64,000 nt of DNA, taken from Macrostomum lignano (taxonomy: Eukaryota). Both the position numbers and the translations under genes were made by a program. Below, one piece after another: positions 38,603 to 64,000 of the stretch. Below the pieces are notes generated by a model. It worked only from the letters and a program-made list of their open reading frames with translations. It was not told the DNA's origin and did no database searches. The stretch is from NCBI GenBank assembly GCA_002269645.1, contig NIVC01003707.1:17473-81472 (forward strand), in the 5' to 3' direction. Numbering within the stretch: position 1 is the first letter of the stretch; every line of letters begins with the position of its first letter.

Positions 38603-41600
38603 GGCCTCGACCACCTCCGCCGCCGCCGCTGCCTCAACCGTCGCTCGACTGAACGGCATCGGCGATCGGTTCGTCGACGGCGGAGCCCCCCGCCGCGGCG
38701 TCAGCAGGATGGCTGCCTCGGCATCGCCGCCGGCGCCTTCTGGCTCGCCGCGGATGCCGAGGGCTCGCCGGCAGCCAACTGGAGCCCCCAGGGTGCGCAG
38801 CAGCTCCCTGCGGAACCGGCAGCTGAACAGGCAGTAGGGCACGATGTTGATGGCGGAGTTGGCCACCACTAGCAGGTTGGAGATCTCCTGGGAGAGGCGG
38901 TTGGCCCAAAGAGGAATCGGGTTTTGACTGATGAAGATTGGGAAATTTTCCTTTAATGACTGAAGGTAATCTGCACAGCCAATATTAAACACGCTTCCCA
39001 ATCCCATTCCAATCCCATCCCAACCCATCCCATCCCATCCCATCCCATCCCAACCCATCCCATCCCATCCGATCCGATCCGATCCGATCCGATCCGATCC
39101 GATCCCATCTCCATCCCATCCCATCTCCATCCCATCCCATCCCATCCCATCCCATCCCATCCAATACCATCTCCATCCCATCCCATCCCATCCCATCTCC
39201 ATCCCATCCCATCCCATCCCATCCAATACCATCTCCATCCCTTCCCATCCCATATCATCCCATCCCATCTCATCAGATCCCATCCCATCCCATCCCATCC
39301 CATCCCAACCCATCCGATCACATCCAATACCATCTCATCCCCATCCAATCCCATCAGATCTCACCCCATCCCTTTTTATCCCATCCCATCTCATCAGATC
39401 CCATCCCATCCCATCCCATATCATCCCATCCCATCCCATCCCATCCGATCAGATCTCACCCATCCCTTTTCATCCCATCCCACCCCCACCCCACACGGCA
39501 TCCCACCTGGAACACATAGTTCGCCAGGTTGTCGTTCTCATCGCCGCCCTGACCGCTGCCTGCAGCCGCGATGCCGCTGCCCAGCCTCCGGGTGCTCCAG
39601 ATGAAGTGGGTGACGGCGGCTGGGATCTGGCAGATGAAGAACAGCAGCACGACGCCAATCAGCATGACGGTGGTGTCGGTCCGGCAGCTGGCCGCAGTCG
39701 CCGAGTTGCCGTCGCCCAGCATCCTCTGCCGAGCCCGGCGTACAGCTCTGATGAGGCCGGCATTCATGACCGCCAGGCTGGCGAACGGGGCCAGCACTAC
39801 CAGCAGCAGCCAGGCAACCAGGTGATAGTAGATCCGAAAACTCTCGGACTGTCCGAATGGCGAAGTGTGATACCAGAGCACGTCCGAGTTGCGGACTTGG
39901 AGGAACTGGTCGATGCGGGAGCGCCAGGAGGGCTCTCCGTAGCGCTGCTGGAACCGCAACTGCAGCTCGGCCAGGTCCGGATCGGTCAGGTTCCTCAGGT
40001 GAGCGGGCAGCTCTGGCCGCCACAGCGCCTCCTCGAATAGGCGAGGCAACGAATACAGAGTCGAGCCCAGGAACACCGAGGCGATGCAGCGGCCGGCGAG
40101 ACGGCGACTGCAGAGGCGTTCGGCGAGGAACGGATGGCAGATCATCAGGTAGCGGTCTGCGGTGAAGGCCACCGTCAGCCACACCGAGGCCACCTGAGGG
40201 GGTCAATGGATGCTGGTTGCAGATCTGATCTAATTTAATCTAATCTAATCTAATCTAATCTAATTCAATCTAATCTAATCTAATCTAATTCAATCTAATA
40301 TAATCTACCGGCAATCTAATCTAATTTAATTAAATCTAATCTAATCGAATCTAATTCAATCTAAACTAATCTAATCCAATCTAATTTAATCTAATTCAAT
40401 CTAATCTAATCTACCGGTAATGTAATCTAATCTAATCTAATCTAATCTAATCCAATCTAATCTAATCTAATTTAAACTAATATAATTCAATCCAATCCAA
40501 TCTAATCTAATTCCAATCGTATCTAATCTAATCTAATCTAATCTAATCTAATCTAATCTAATGTATTCTAATCTCATGTAACCTAATCTAATCTAGTCTC
40601 ATTCAATCTAATGGCTAGACTAGCATGGCTAGACTACCAATCCATTCTATGCCAATTATCCTAGGTGTTGCATAGATTAGCAATCCATTCTATGCCAATT
40701 ATCCTAGATGTTGCATAGATTAGCAATCCATTCTATGCCAATTATCCTAGATGTTGGCTAGATTAGCAATCCATTCTATGCCAATTATCCTAGATGTTGG
40801 CTAGATTAGCAATCCATTCTATGTCAATTATCCTAGATGTTGCATAGATTAGCAACCCATTCTATGCCAATTATCCTAGATGTTGCATAGATTAGCAATC
40901 CATTCTATGCCAATTATCCTAGATGTTGGCTAGATTAGCGATCCATTCTATGCCAATTATCCTAGATGCTGGCTAGATTAGCAATCCATTCTATGCCAAT
41001 TATCCTATATGTTGCATAGATTAGCAATCCATTCTATGCCAATTATCCTAGATGTAGGCTAGATTAGCAATCCATTCTATGCCAATTATCCTAGATGTTG
41101 GCTAGATTAGCAATCCATTCTATGTCAATTATCCTATATGTTGGCTAGATTTGCAATCCATTCTATGCCAATTATCCTAGATGCTGGCTAGATTAGCAAC
41201 CCATTCTATGCCAATTATCCTAGATGTTGGCTAGATTAGCAATTCATTCTATGTCAATTATCCTAGATGTTGGCTAGATTAGCAATCCATTCTATGCCAA
41301 TTATCCTAGATGTTGGCTAGATTAGCAATCCATTCTATGTCAATTATCCTATATGTTGGCTAGATTTGCAATCCATTCTATGCCAATTATCCTAGATGTT
41401 GGCTAGATTAGCAATCCATTCTATGCCAATTATCCTAGATGTTGGCTAGATTAGCAATCCATTCTATGCCAATTATCCTAGATGTTGGCTAGATTAGCAA
41501 TCCATTCTATGCCAATTATCTTAGATGTTGCATAGATTAGCAATCCATTCTATGCCAATTATCCTAGATGTTGGCTAGATTAGCAACCCATTCTATGCCA

Positions 41601-44600
41601 ATTATCCTAGATGTTGGCTAGATTAGCAATCCATTCTATGCCAATTATCCAAGATGTTGCATAGATTAGCAATCCATTCTATGTCAATTATCCTAGATGT
41701 AGGCTAGATTAGCAATCCATTCTATGCCAATTATCCTAGATGTTGCATAGATTAGCAATCCATTCTATGCCAATTATCCTAGATGTTGGCTAGATTAGCA
41801 ATCCATTCTATGCCAATTATCCTAGATGTTGGCTGGATTAGCAATCCATTCTATGCCAATTATCCTAGATGTTGCATAGATTAGCAATCCATTCTATGCC
41901 AATTATCCTAGATGTTGCATAGATTAGCAATCCATTCTATGCCAATTATCCTAGATGTTGCATAGATTAGCAATCCATTCTATGTCAATTATCCTAGATG
42001 TTGGCTAGATTAGCAATTCATTCTATGCCAATTATCTTAGATGTTGCATAGATTAGCAATCCATTCTATGCCAATTATCCTAGATGTTGGCTAGATTAGC
42101 AATCCATTCTATGCCAATTATCCTAGATGTTGCATAGATTAGCAATCCATTCTATGCCAATTATCCTAGATGTTGCATAGATTAGCAATCCATTCTATGC
42201 CAATTATCCTAGATGTTGCATAGATTAGCAATCCATTCTATGCCAATTATCCTAGATGTTGGCTAGATTAGCAATCCATTCTATGCCAATTATCCTAGAT
42301 GTTGCATAGATTAGCAATCCATTCTATGCCAATTATCCTAGATGTTGGCTAGATTAGCAATCCATTCTATGCCGATTATCCTAGATGTTGGCTAGATTAG
42401 CAACCCATTCTATGTCAATTATCCTAGATGTAGGCTAGATTAGCAATTCATTCTATGCCAATTATCCTAGATGTAGGCTAGATTAGCAATCCATTCTATG
42501 TCAATTATCCTATATGTTGGCTAGATTAGCAACCCATTCTATGCCAATTATCCTAGATGTTGGCTAGATTAGCAATCCATTCTATGTCAATTATCCTATA
42601 TGTTGGCTAGATTAGCAACCCATTCTATGCTAATTATCCTAGATGTTGGCTAGATTAGCAATCCATTCTATGCCAATTATCCTAGATGTTGCATAGATTA
42701 GCAATCCATTCTATGCCAATTATCCTAGATGTTGCATAGATTAGCAATCCATTCTATGTCAATTATCCTAGATGTTGCATAGATTAGCAATCCATTCTAT
42801 GTCAATTATCCTATATGTTGGCTAGATTAGCAACCCATTCTATGCCAATTATCCTAGATGTTGGCTAGATTAGCAATCCATTCTATGCCAATTATCCTAG
42901 ATGTTGCATAGATTAGCAATCCATTCTATGTCAATTATCCTAGATGCTGGCTAGATTAGCAATTCATTCTATGCCAATTATCCTAGATGTAGGCTAGATT
43001 AGCAATCCATTCTATGCCAATTATCCTAGATGCTGGCTAGATTAGCAATCCATTCTATGCCAATTATCCTAGATGTTGGCTAGATTAGCAATCCATTCTA
43101 TGCCAATTATCCTAGATGTAGGCTAGATTTGCAATCCATTCTATGCCAATTATCCTATATGTTGGCTAGATTAGCAATTCATTCTATGCCAATTATCTTA
43201 GATGTTGCATAGATTAGCAATCCATTCTATGCCAATTATCCTAGATGTTGGCTAGATTAGCAATCCATTCTATGCCAATTATCCTAGATGTTGGCTAGAT
43301 TAGCAATCCATTCTATGCCAATTATCCTAGATGTTGCATAGATTAGCAATCCATTCTATGCCAATTATCTTAGATGTTGCATAGATTAGCAATCCATTCT
43401 ATGTCAATTATCCTAGATGTTGGCTAGATTAGCAATTCATTCTATGCCAATTATCTTAGATGTTGCATAGATTAGCAATCCATTCTATGCCAATTATCCT
43501 AGATGTTGGCTAGATTTGCAATCCATTCTATGCCAATTATCCTAGATGTTGCATAGATTAGCAATCCATTCTATGCCAATTATCCTAGATGTTGCATAGA
43601 TTAGCAATCCATTCTATGCCAATTATCCTAGATGTTGGGTAGATTAGCAATCCATTCTATGCCAATTATCCTAGATGTTGGGTAGATTAGCAATCCATTC
43701 TATGCCAATTATCCTAGATGTTGGGTAGATTAGCAACCCATTCTATGCCAATTATCCTAGATGTTGCATAGATTAGCAATCCATTCTATGCCAATTATCC
43801 TAGATGTTGCATAGATTAGCAATCCATTCTATGCCGATTATCCTAGATGTTGCATAGATTAGCAATCCATTCTATGCCGATTATCCTAGATGTTGCATAG
43901 ATTAGCAATCCATTCTATGCCAATTATCCTAGAGGTTGTATAGATTAGCAATCCATTCTATGCCGATTATCCTAGATGTTGCATAGATTAGCAATCCATT
44001 CTATGCCAATTATCCTAGATGTTGCATAGATTAGCAATCCATTCTATGCCGATTATCCTAGATGTTGCATAGATTAGCAATCCATTCTATGCCAATTATC
44101 CTAGAGGTTGTATAGATTAGCAATCCATTCTATGCCGATTATCCTAGATGTTGGCTAGATTTGCAATCCATTCTATGCCAATTATCCTAGATGTTGCATA
44201 GATTAGCAATCCATTCTATGCCAATTATCCTAGATGTTGCATAGATTAGCAATCCATTCTATGCCAATTATCCTAGATGTTGGGTAGATTAGCAATCCAT
44301 TCTATGCCAATTATCCTAGATGTTGGGTAGATTAGCAATCCATTCTATGCCAATTATCCTAGATGTTGGGTAGATTAGCAACCCATTCTATGCCAATTAT
44401 CCTAGATGTTGCATAGATTAGCAATCCATTCTATGCCAATTATCCTAGATGTTGCATAGATTAGCAATCCATTCTATGCCGATTATCCTAGATGTTGCAT
44501 AGATTAGCAATCCATTCTATGCCGATTATCCTAGATGTTGCATAGATTAGCAATCCATTCTATGCCAATTATCCTAGAGGTTGTATAGATTAGCAATCCA

Positions 44601-46254
44601 TTCTATGCCGATTATCCTAGATGTTGCATAGATTAGCAATCCATTCTATGCCAATTATCCTAGATGTTGCATAGATTAGCAATCCATTCTATGCCAATTA
44701 TCCTAGATGTTGGGTAGATTAGCAATGATTTGAGTCAGTTTGTCGCGGAATTAGGCATACATATCCTAACCCTAACCCTAAGCCTGAATAATGGTATAAA
44801 TAGAAAGTCTTACAGATGCACGGCAGCTCGAGACAAAGTCTTGCCAAGACTGGCCCGCCTATTCACCCAGCTGCATCAAATTTCCCCTAGAAGAAGCAGA
44901 CTGTTATAGCAGAGCCTGGCAAAGCCTCACTCGAGAGCAGCGGGGAATTACCAGTTCCCTGCTCAGATTATAACATATATAGATGCATAAGCTTGGGAAA
45001 ATGATATTAATGAGCATTTTGGGACAATTAATTATCAGTAAGGGAATAGACACAGGATTTTTTTCCCGAAAAACAGGCAGAAGGCCGAGAGAGCGCCCCC
45101 CAGAGAAATGCAGACGGGCTGCTTGTGAGTCCCTTGATCGGGAAAATACAAAAACAAAATTATCAAAAATGTCTGTTTGTCATTTGACATTCGAAACGAA
45201 TACTGACGGCAAAAAACACACGTAATCTGCGCTGCATATTACTTGCACAAGTGTTTTGCCTGCATTTCACCGTAACATCTCATCCATCAGCTTCCAATCC
45301 CATCCCATCTTATCCAATCCCATCCCATCCCATCTTATCCCATCCCAATCCATCCCATCTCATCCCATCCCATCCCATCTCACCCCATCCCATCCCATCC
45401 CATCCCATCTCATCTTATCCCATCCCAATCCATCCCATCTCATCCCATCCCATCCCATCTCACCCCATCCCATCCCATCTTATCCCATCCCAATCCATCT
45501 CATCCCATCCCATCCCATCCCATCTCACCCCATCCCATCCCATCTTATCCAATCCCATCCCATCCCATCTTATCCCATCCCAATCCATCCCATCTCATCC
45601 CATCCCATCCCATCTCACCCCATCCCATCCCATCCCATCCCATCTCATCTTATCCCATCCCAATCCATCCCATCTCATCCCATCCCATCCCATCTCACCC
45701 CATCCCATCCCATCTTATCCCATCCCAATCCATCTCATCCCATCCCATCCCATCCCATCTCACCCCATCCCATCCCATCTTATCCAATCCCATCCCATCC
45801 CATCTTATCCCATCCCAATCCATCCCATTCCAATCCCATCCCAACCCATCCCATCCCATCCCATCCCATCCCATCCCATCCCATCCCATCCCATCCCATC
45901 CCATCCCACCTTCACCTGGAACAGCAGGTTGAGCGCATGAGAGTAGATGTATAGGTGCGGCATCCAGCGGGAGTCCCGCCACACCATGTACTCGGGCTGG
46001 TCGTGCTGCGCCCTGGTGTCCTTCAGAAAGACGAGCAGCGACATGAGCAGCACGCAGGTGTCAGCGAAGGTCAGCGCAATCAGGTACAAATTAGTATTGC
46101 TAATCCGCATGCACCTCTTGCCGAGCACGCTCAGTGACAGGAGATTAGCGATGAGGCCGATGCAGCACAGGCTAGTCCCAGCGCAGCCGACCAGGTAGAA
46201 GGAGATGGTCCTGGCTCGAATCACCGCTTCCTGAGACTCGCCAGCGCCTTCCAT
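38585..46254 (-). CDS. Rhodopsin-family neuropeptide GPCR, FMRFamide/myosuppressin/MIP-receptor-like; 3 exons, 442 aa
   Basis: Exons 45916-46254, 39507-40193, 38585-38887; both introns phase 0 and GT-AG. TM1 GLIANLLSLSVL, TM2 YLIALTFADTCVLL, TM3 FQVASVWLTVAFTADRYLMICHPF, TM4 LYSLPRLFE, TM5 LAPFASLAVMNAGLIRAVRRA, TM6 MLIGVVLLFFICQIPA, TM7 NLLVVANSAINIVPYCLFSCRFRRELL. An in-frame stop lies upstream of the ATG. Confidence 0.9.
38998..39480. repeat. (CCATC)n pentamer array in peptide-GPCR intron 2
   Basis: (GGGAT)n on the sense strand. Confidence 0.93.
40222..40612. repeat. (AATCT)n pentamer array in peptide-GPCR intron 1
   Basis: Pentamer periodicity close to the acceptor. Confidence 0.92.
40622..44725. 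repeat. 43-bp minisatellite GCAATCCATTCTATGCCAATTATCCTAGATGTTGGCTAGATTA, about 95 copies
   Basis: Strict 43-bp period; GCAT/GGCT variant alleles interspersed; no spacers. Confidence 0.97.
45293..45908. repeat. (CCATC)n pentamer array in peptide-GPCR intron 1
   Basis: Starts a few bases after the splice donor on the minus strand. Confidence 0.94.
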
Positions 46255-46379
46255 TCCGACTCTTCAGCGATGGCCTGCAATGCTTGACGCCTTGGCGGCT
46301 TTTTATCATGGCGCAGGGACCAATGGGAAGAGGATTAGCAGTATTGGCTGGTCATGAGAATAGCGTGCCGAATGCTGAG

Positions 46380-46952
46380 CTCACCCCTAGCCTTCACTCT
46401 CACCCATACCCTTCACTCTCACCCATAGCCTTCACTCTCAACTCTACCCTTTACTCTCACCTCTACACTTTACTCTCACCCCTACCCTTCACTCTCACCC
46501 CTACCCTTCACTCTCACCCCTAGCCTTCACTCTCACCCCTACCCTTCACTCTCACCCCTAGCCTTCACTCTCACCCCTACCCTTCACTCTCACCCCTACC
46601 CTTCACTCTCACCCATACCCTTCACTCTCACCCATACACTTCACTCTCAACTCTACACTTTACTCTCACCTCTACACTTTACTCTCACCCCTACCCTTCA
46701 CTCTCACCCCTAGCCTTCACTCTCACTCATACCCTTCACTCTCAACTCTACCCTTTACTCTCACCCCTACCCTACACTCTCATCCCTTCACTCTCACCCT
46801 TACCTTTCACTCTCACCTCTCTCCCTTGAATCTCCCCTCTCATTTCAATCTCATCTCCTCTCCCTTCAATCTCACCTCCTCTCCCTTCAATTTTCCTTCT
46901 CTCCCTCCAATCTCACCTCCTCTCCCTTCAATCTCACTCTCTCCCTTCACTC
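46380..46952. repeat. ~18-19-bp CCTTCACTCTCACCCCTA pyrimidine-rich array
   Basis: Degenerate tandem units upstream of the peptide GPCR. Confidence 0.88.
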
Positions 46953-47406
46953 TCAAGGCTGGAAAATTAGGGGGGGGGGGTCAGGAGAAAAGTGCTACAC
47001 GCAAGAATTCACATGTTTTGGGCCAGTCTAAAGGAAGCTCTCCGAATTTTCCCAGGAAATGGGAGCAATTAACGTGAGAATAATTACCTTAGTTCGGAAT
47101 CATAATCTGGAGCTCGCCTGAAATCCTGCAAGGCACGCAAGGCTAATTGAAAAAAATGGTTAGATTATTTAATCCAACTCTCACAGAGACAGAAAACTGA
47201 ACTCTTTTTCTGTGCCTCCATTGTTTATCACCTCGTGCGGCTTCAGGGGGGCATTAAGGGTGCGTGCCCGCTGGAATGAAAAAGGTAGAAATATGCTGCT
47301 TATGAAGTCAGAGGCCCAGTGTGCGGGTCAAGGAGGCTCGCGTGGACGCCTTAAATTCCTGAGTGAAGGAGACTAACGGACTCTGAAGGAGAGGGAAAAA
47401 TAAGAG

Positions 47407-47722
47407 AGTGAGGGAGAGTGGGGGAGAGTGGGGAAGAGTGGGGGAGAGTGGGGAGAGTGGGGAGAGTGGGGAGAGTGGGGGAGAGTGGGGGAGAGTGGGG
47501 GAGAGTGGGGGAGAGTGGGGAGAGTGGGGGAGAGTGGGGGAGAGTGGGGAGAGTGGGGAGAGTGGGGGAGAGTGGGGGAGAGTGGGGAGAGTGGGGAGAG
47601 TGGGAGAGTGGGGAGAGTGGGGAGAGTGGGGGAGAGTGGGGGAGAGTGGGGAGAGTGGGGAGAGTGGGGAGAGTGGGGAGAGTGGGAGAGTGGGGAGAGT
47701 GGGGAGAGTGGGGGAGAGTAGG
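47407..47722. repeat. (GGGGAGAGT)n G-rich array
   Basis: 9-11-bp units with G3-G5 runs. Confidence 0.93.
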
Positions 47723-47734
47723 GGGGGGAGTAAA

Positions 47735-50700
47735 AGTGAAAACAAAGTGAAAAGATACTAAAAGCAGAGTGAAAAGAGACTAAAAGCAGAGTGAAAAGAG
47801 ACTGAAAGTATAGGGAAAAGAGACTGAAAGCAGAGGGAAAAGAGACTGAAAGCAGAGTGAAAAGAGACTGGAAGCAGAGGGAAAAGAGACTGAAAGCAGA
47901 GGGAAAAGAGACTAAAAGCAGAGGGAAAAAAGACTGAAAGCAGAGTGAAAAGAGACTGGAAGCAGAGGGAAAAGAGACTGAAAGCAGAGGGAAAAGAGAC
48001 TAAAAGCAGAGGGAAAAGAGACTGAAAGCAGAGTGAAAAGAGACTGGAAGCAGAGTGAAAAGATACTGGAAGCAGAGTGAAAAGATACTGAAAGCAGAGG
48101 GAAAAGAGACTGAAAGCAGAGTGAAAAGATACTAAAAGCAGAGTGAAAAGAGACTAAAAGCAGAGGGAAAAGAGACTGAAAGCAGAGTGAAAAGAGACTA
48201 AAAGCAGAGGGAAAAGAGACTGAAAGCAGAGTGAAAAGAGACTAAAAGCAGAGTGAAAAGATACTGGAAGCAGAGGGAAAAGAGACTGAAAGCAGAGGGA
48301 AAAGAGACTGAAAGCAGAGGGAAAAGAGACTAAAAGCAGAGGGAAAAGAGACTGGAAGCAGAGGGAAAAGAGACTGAAAGCAGAGGGAAAAGAGACTGGA
48401 AGCAGAGGGAAAAGAGACTGAAAGCAGAGTGAAAAGATACTGGAAGCAGAGGGAAAATAGACTGGAAGCAGAGTGAAAAGAGACTAAAAGCAGAGTGAAA
48501 AGAGACTAAAAGCAGAGTGAAAAGAGACTGAAAGCAGAGGGAAAAGAGACTGGAAGCAGAGGGAAAAGAGACTGAAAGCAGAGTGAAAAGAGACTGGAAG
48601 CAGAGGGAAAAGAGACTGAAAGCAGAGGGAAAAGAGACTAAAAGCAGAGGGAAAAGAGACTGAAAGCAGAGGGAAAAGAGACTGGAAGCAGAGGGAAAAG
48701 AGACTAAAAGCAGAGGGAAAAGAGACTGAAAGCAGAGTGAAAAGATACTGGAAGCAGAGTGAAAAGATACTGGAAGCAGAGTGAAAAGATACTGAAAGCA
48801 GAGGGAAAAGAGACTGAAAGCAGAGTGAAAAGAGACTAAAAGCAGAGTGAAAAGAGACTAAAAGCAGAGGGAAAAGAGACTGAAAGCAGAGTGAAAAGAG
48901 ACTAAAAGCAGAGGGAAAAGAGACTGAAAGCAGAGTGAAAAGAGACTAAAAGCAGAGTGAAAAGATACTGGAAGCAGAGGGAAAAGAGACTGAAAGCAGA
49001 GGGAAAAGAGACTGAAAGCAGAGGGAAAAGAGACTAAAAGCAGAGGGAAAAGAGACTGGAAGCAGAGGGAAAAGAGACTGAAAGCAGAGTGAAAAGATAC
49101 TGGAAGCAGAGGGAAAAGAGACTGGAAGCAGAGTGAAAAGAGACTAAAAGCAGAGTGAAAAGAGACTGGAAGCAGAGGGAAAAGAGACTGAAAGCAGAGT
49201 GAAAAGATACTGGAAGCAGAGGGAAAAGAGACTGGAAGCAGAGTGAAAAGAGACTAAAAGCAGAGTGAAAAGAGACTGAAAGCAGAGGGAAAAGAGACTG
49301 GAAGCAGAGGGAAAAGAGACTGAAAGCAGAGTGAAAAGAGACTGGAAGCAGAGGGAAAAGAGACTGAAAGCAGAGGGAAAAGAGACTAAAAGCAGAGGGA
49401 AAAGAGACTGAAAGCAGAGGGAAAAGAGACTGGAAGCAGAGGGAAAAGAGACTAAAAGCAGAGGGAAAAGAGACTGGAAGCAGAGGGAAAAGAGACTAAA
49501 AGCAGAGGGAAAAGAGACTGAAAGCAGAGTGAAAAGAGACTGGAAGCAGAGTGAAAAGATACTGGAAGCAGAGTGAAAAGATACTGAAAGCAGAGGGAAA
49601 AGAGACTGAAAGCAGAGTGAAAAGAGACTAAAAGCAGAGTGAAAAGAGACTAAAAGCAGAGGGAAAAGAGACTGAAAGCAGAGTGAAAAGAGACTAAAAG
49701 CAGAGGGAAAAGAGACTGAAAGCAGAGTGAAAAGAGACTAAAAGCAGAGTGAAAAGATACTGGAAGCAGACTGAAAAGAGACTGAAAGTATAGGGAAAAG
49801 AGACTGAAAGCAGAGGGAAAAGAGACTGAAAGCAGAGTGAAAAGAGACTGGAAGCAGAGGGAAAAGAGACTGAAAGCAGAGGGAAAAGAGACTAAAAGCA
49901 GAGGGAAAAAAGACTGAAAGCAGAGTGAAAAGAGACTGGAAGCAGAGGGAAAAGAGACTGAAAGCAGAGGGAAAAGAGACTAAAAGCAGAGGGAAAAGAG
50001 ACTGAAAGCAGAGTGAAAAGAGACTGAAAGTATAGGGAAAAGAGACTGAAAGCAGAGGGAAAAGAGACTAAAAGCAGAGGGAAAAGAGACTGAAAGCAGA
50101 GGGAAAAGAGACTGGAAGCAGAGGGAAAAGAGACTGGAAGCAGAGGGAAAAGAGACTGAAAGCAGAGTGAAAAGAGACTGGAAGCAGAGTGAAAAGATAC
50201 TGGAAGCAGAGTGAAAAGATACTGAAAGCAGAGGGAAAAGAGACTGAAAGCAGAGTGAAAAGAGACTAAAAGCAGAGTGAAAAGAGACTAAAAGCAGAGG
50301 GAAAAGAGACTGAAAGCAGAGTGAAAAGAGACTAAAAGCAGAGGGAAAAGAGACTGAAAGCAGAGTGAAAAGAGACTAAAAGCAGAGTGAAAAGATACTG
50401 GAAGCAGAGGGAAAAGAGACTGAAAGCAGAGGGAAAAGAGACTGAAAGCAGAGGGAAAAGAGACTAAAAGCAGAGGGAAAAGAGACTGGAAGCAGAGGGA
50501 AAAGAGACTGAAAGCAGAGTGAAAAGATACTGGAAGCAGAGGGAAAAGAGACTGGAAGCAGAGTGAAAAGAGACTAAAAGCAGAGTGAAAAGAGACTAAA
50601 AGCAGAGGGAAAAGAGACTGAAAGCAGAGTGAAAAGAGACTAAAAGCAGAGGGAAAAGAGACTGAAAGCAGAGTGAAAAGAGACTAAAAGCAGAGTGAAA

Positions 50701-50783
50701 AGATACTAAAAGCAGAGGGAAAAGATACTGGAAGCAGAGTGAAAAGAGACTGAAAGCAGAGTGAAGAGACTGGAAGCAGAGTG
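47735..50783. repeat. 22-bp purine-rich minisatellite AAGCAGAG(G/T)GAAAAGAGACT(G/A)A, about 138 copies
   Basis: 22-bp period with a few binary variant positions. Confidence 0.97.
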
Positions 50784-51335
50784 AAGGGAGTTACAATGCG
50801 GTGGATCTACAGCAGCCAGTAAACGCAGAAGAAGCAACCAGGGGAGAATTTCCCTATCGCAAGGGAGGAGCGCAAAGTCCGGCCTGCCCTGTGCCATTCC
50901 ATCTCTGACCAACAGAGCAAGGATAACTGGAAGCACTTTCGGATCCAGCTGCCGTCGGCACACGGCTGTAGGATGCACGGGTTCGTTCTCTGTCAGGGAG
51001 AGGGGGGTTCAGGGCTGCACACAGAATGCCAGAACCAAGCGCAGCACACATCAGCTGTAGTGTTCCAACACGACTGGCGTTCCGCGTTCCCCCAGCCTCT
51101 GCGTGGAGTTTATCGATTCGACGGGGCGAAAAGCGAAAGTTCCATCTGTCCTTCGCCTGGCCCGCGGGACCAGGTGGGGTTCTGCTTTAGCCTTTAACCT
51201 CCCGTCTTTCCGGTGGGGGAAAGAGAGTGCTGAGCCCCAAGATCTGGGACGGAAGCAGCTTGGCAGTTCCTCGACTACCAGATTAAAATTTCCTGAAATT
51301 ATTCACAGCTGCCAACGGAGCTGATCGGCTTAGCG

Positions 51336-63112
<11,777 letters not shown>

Positions 63113-63465
63113 AGGATCAGACAGTACCTGAGTCTAATTACTGGACTGGGGATTCGAACCTAGGACCGTCTTTTAACTTAAAAAACTCTCGAACTTCATT
63201 TGAGTGGCTTCTTATTCATGTTTTACAGTAATCTATTTGTTGTTTAGGAATATAGACTTATTATATTATTATTATTACTATTGAATTGAGCTGCTAATGC
63301 ACTTTAATAATAATATTAATTCATCTAGTGCGACTGATCTAGCAGAATTACACGCTATTGGCCATAAGTGATTGCGCACCTGCGGCTTTGTTCGACATTC
63401 TTGACTGTGGGTCACGTGACCCTCGTTTATCAGCTGCGTGTTCATGAGACCGTGGCTTGCTAGTA

Positions 63466-64000
63466 ATGGGGCAGGGGCGATCGATTATTGGCGCGTGGGG
63501 CAGGGCAATTACTGTGGTGGAGCAGGGGCAATTACTGGGTGGGGAGGGGCAATTACTGGGGTGGGGCAGGGGCAATTACTGGGATGGGGGAGGGCAATTA
63601 CTGGGGTGGGGCAGGGGCGATTACTGGGATGGGGAGGGGCAATTACTGGGGTGGGCAGGGGCGATTACTGGGGTGGGCAGGGGCAATTACTGGGGTGGGG
63701 CAGGGGCGATTACTGGGGTGGGGCAGGGGCAATTACTGGGTGGGGCAGGGGCGATTACTGGGGTGGGCAGGGGCGATTACTGGGGTGGGGCAGGGGCGAT
63801 TACTGGGGTGGGGCAGGGGCGATTACGGGTGGGGCAGGGGCAATTACTGGGTGGGGGGGGGCGATTACTGGGGTGGGGCAGGGCAATTACTGGGGTGGGC
63901 AGGGGCAATTACTGGGGTGGGGCAGGGGCAATTACTGGGGGGGGGGAGAGGCAAATACTGGGGTGGGGCAGGCAAGTACTGGGGTGGGCAGGGGCAATTA
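63466..64000. repeat. ~23-bp G-rich minisatellite GGGGCAGGGGCAATTACTGGGGT
   Basis: Tandem units running to the window end. Confidence 0.92.

Noticed and set aside
44765-44782. CCTAACCCTAACCCTAA telomere-like motif
   Set aside because: Fewer than three units; too short to call an interstitial telomeric sequence.
63148-63160. Minus-strand GGTTCGAATCCCC B-box as a tRNA or SINE
   Set aside because: No A-box at the expected distance and no cloverleaf stems.

Overview
Eukaryotic, spliceosomal-intron-rich animal DNA in which roughly half the window (about 31 kb by my tally) is micro- or minisatellite. GC-rich exons separated by repeat-filled introns resemble the free-living flatworm Macrostomum, but that taxon call is inference only. 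Four genes could be assembled exon by exon with GT-AG sites and consistent phases, in a minus/plus/minus/plus layout: (1) AASS, bifunctional lysine-ketoglutarate reductase/saccharopine dehydrogenase, minus strand, 10 exons, 937 aa; (2) a GPR158/GPR179-like class C GPCR, plus strand, 10 exons, 819 aa; (3) an FMRFamide-receptor-like rhodopsin-family peptide GPCR, minus strand, 3 exons, 442 aa; (4) a fibrillar collagen (signal peptide, VWC, triple helix, COLFI), plus strand, 8 exons, with several deletion-type frameshifts that look like sequencing errors. Two mobile elements sit inside intronic repeat arrays. One is a very young 4871-bp Ty3/Gypsy (Mag-like) LTR retrotransposon with 228-bp LTRs that read identical and a 5-bp TSD. 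The other is a non-coding 2200-bp TG...CA element with a 4-bp TSD (probable solo LTR) carrying an AP-1/CRE/CCAAT/TATA promoter, a candidate intron and a candidate poly(A) signal inside the last collagen intron. Most long ORFs in the supplied track are translation artefacts of tandem repeats. No CRISPR array, rRNA or tRNA was found.
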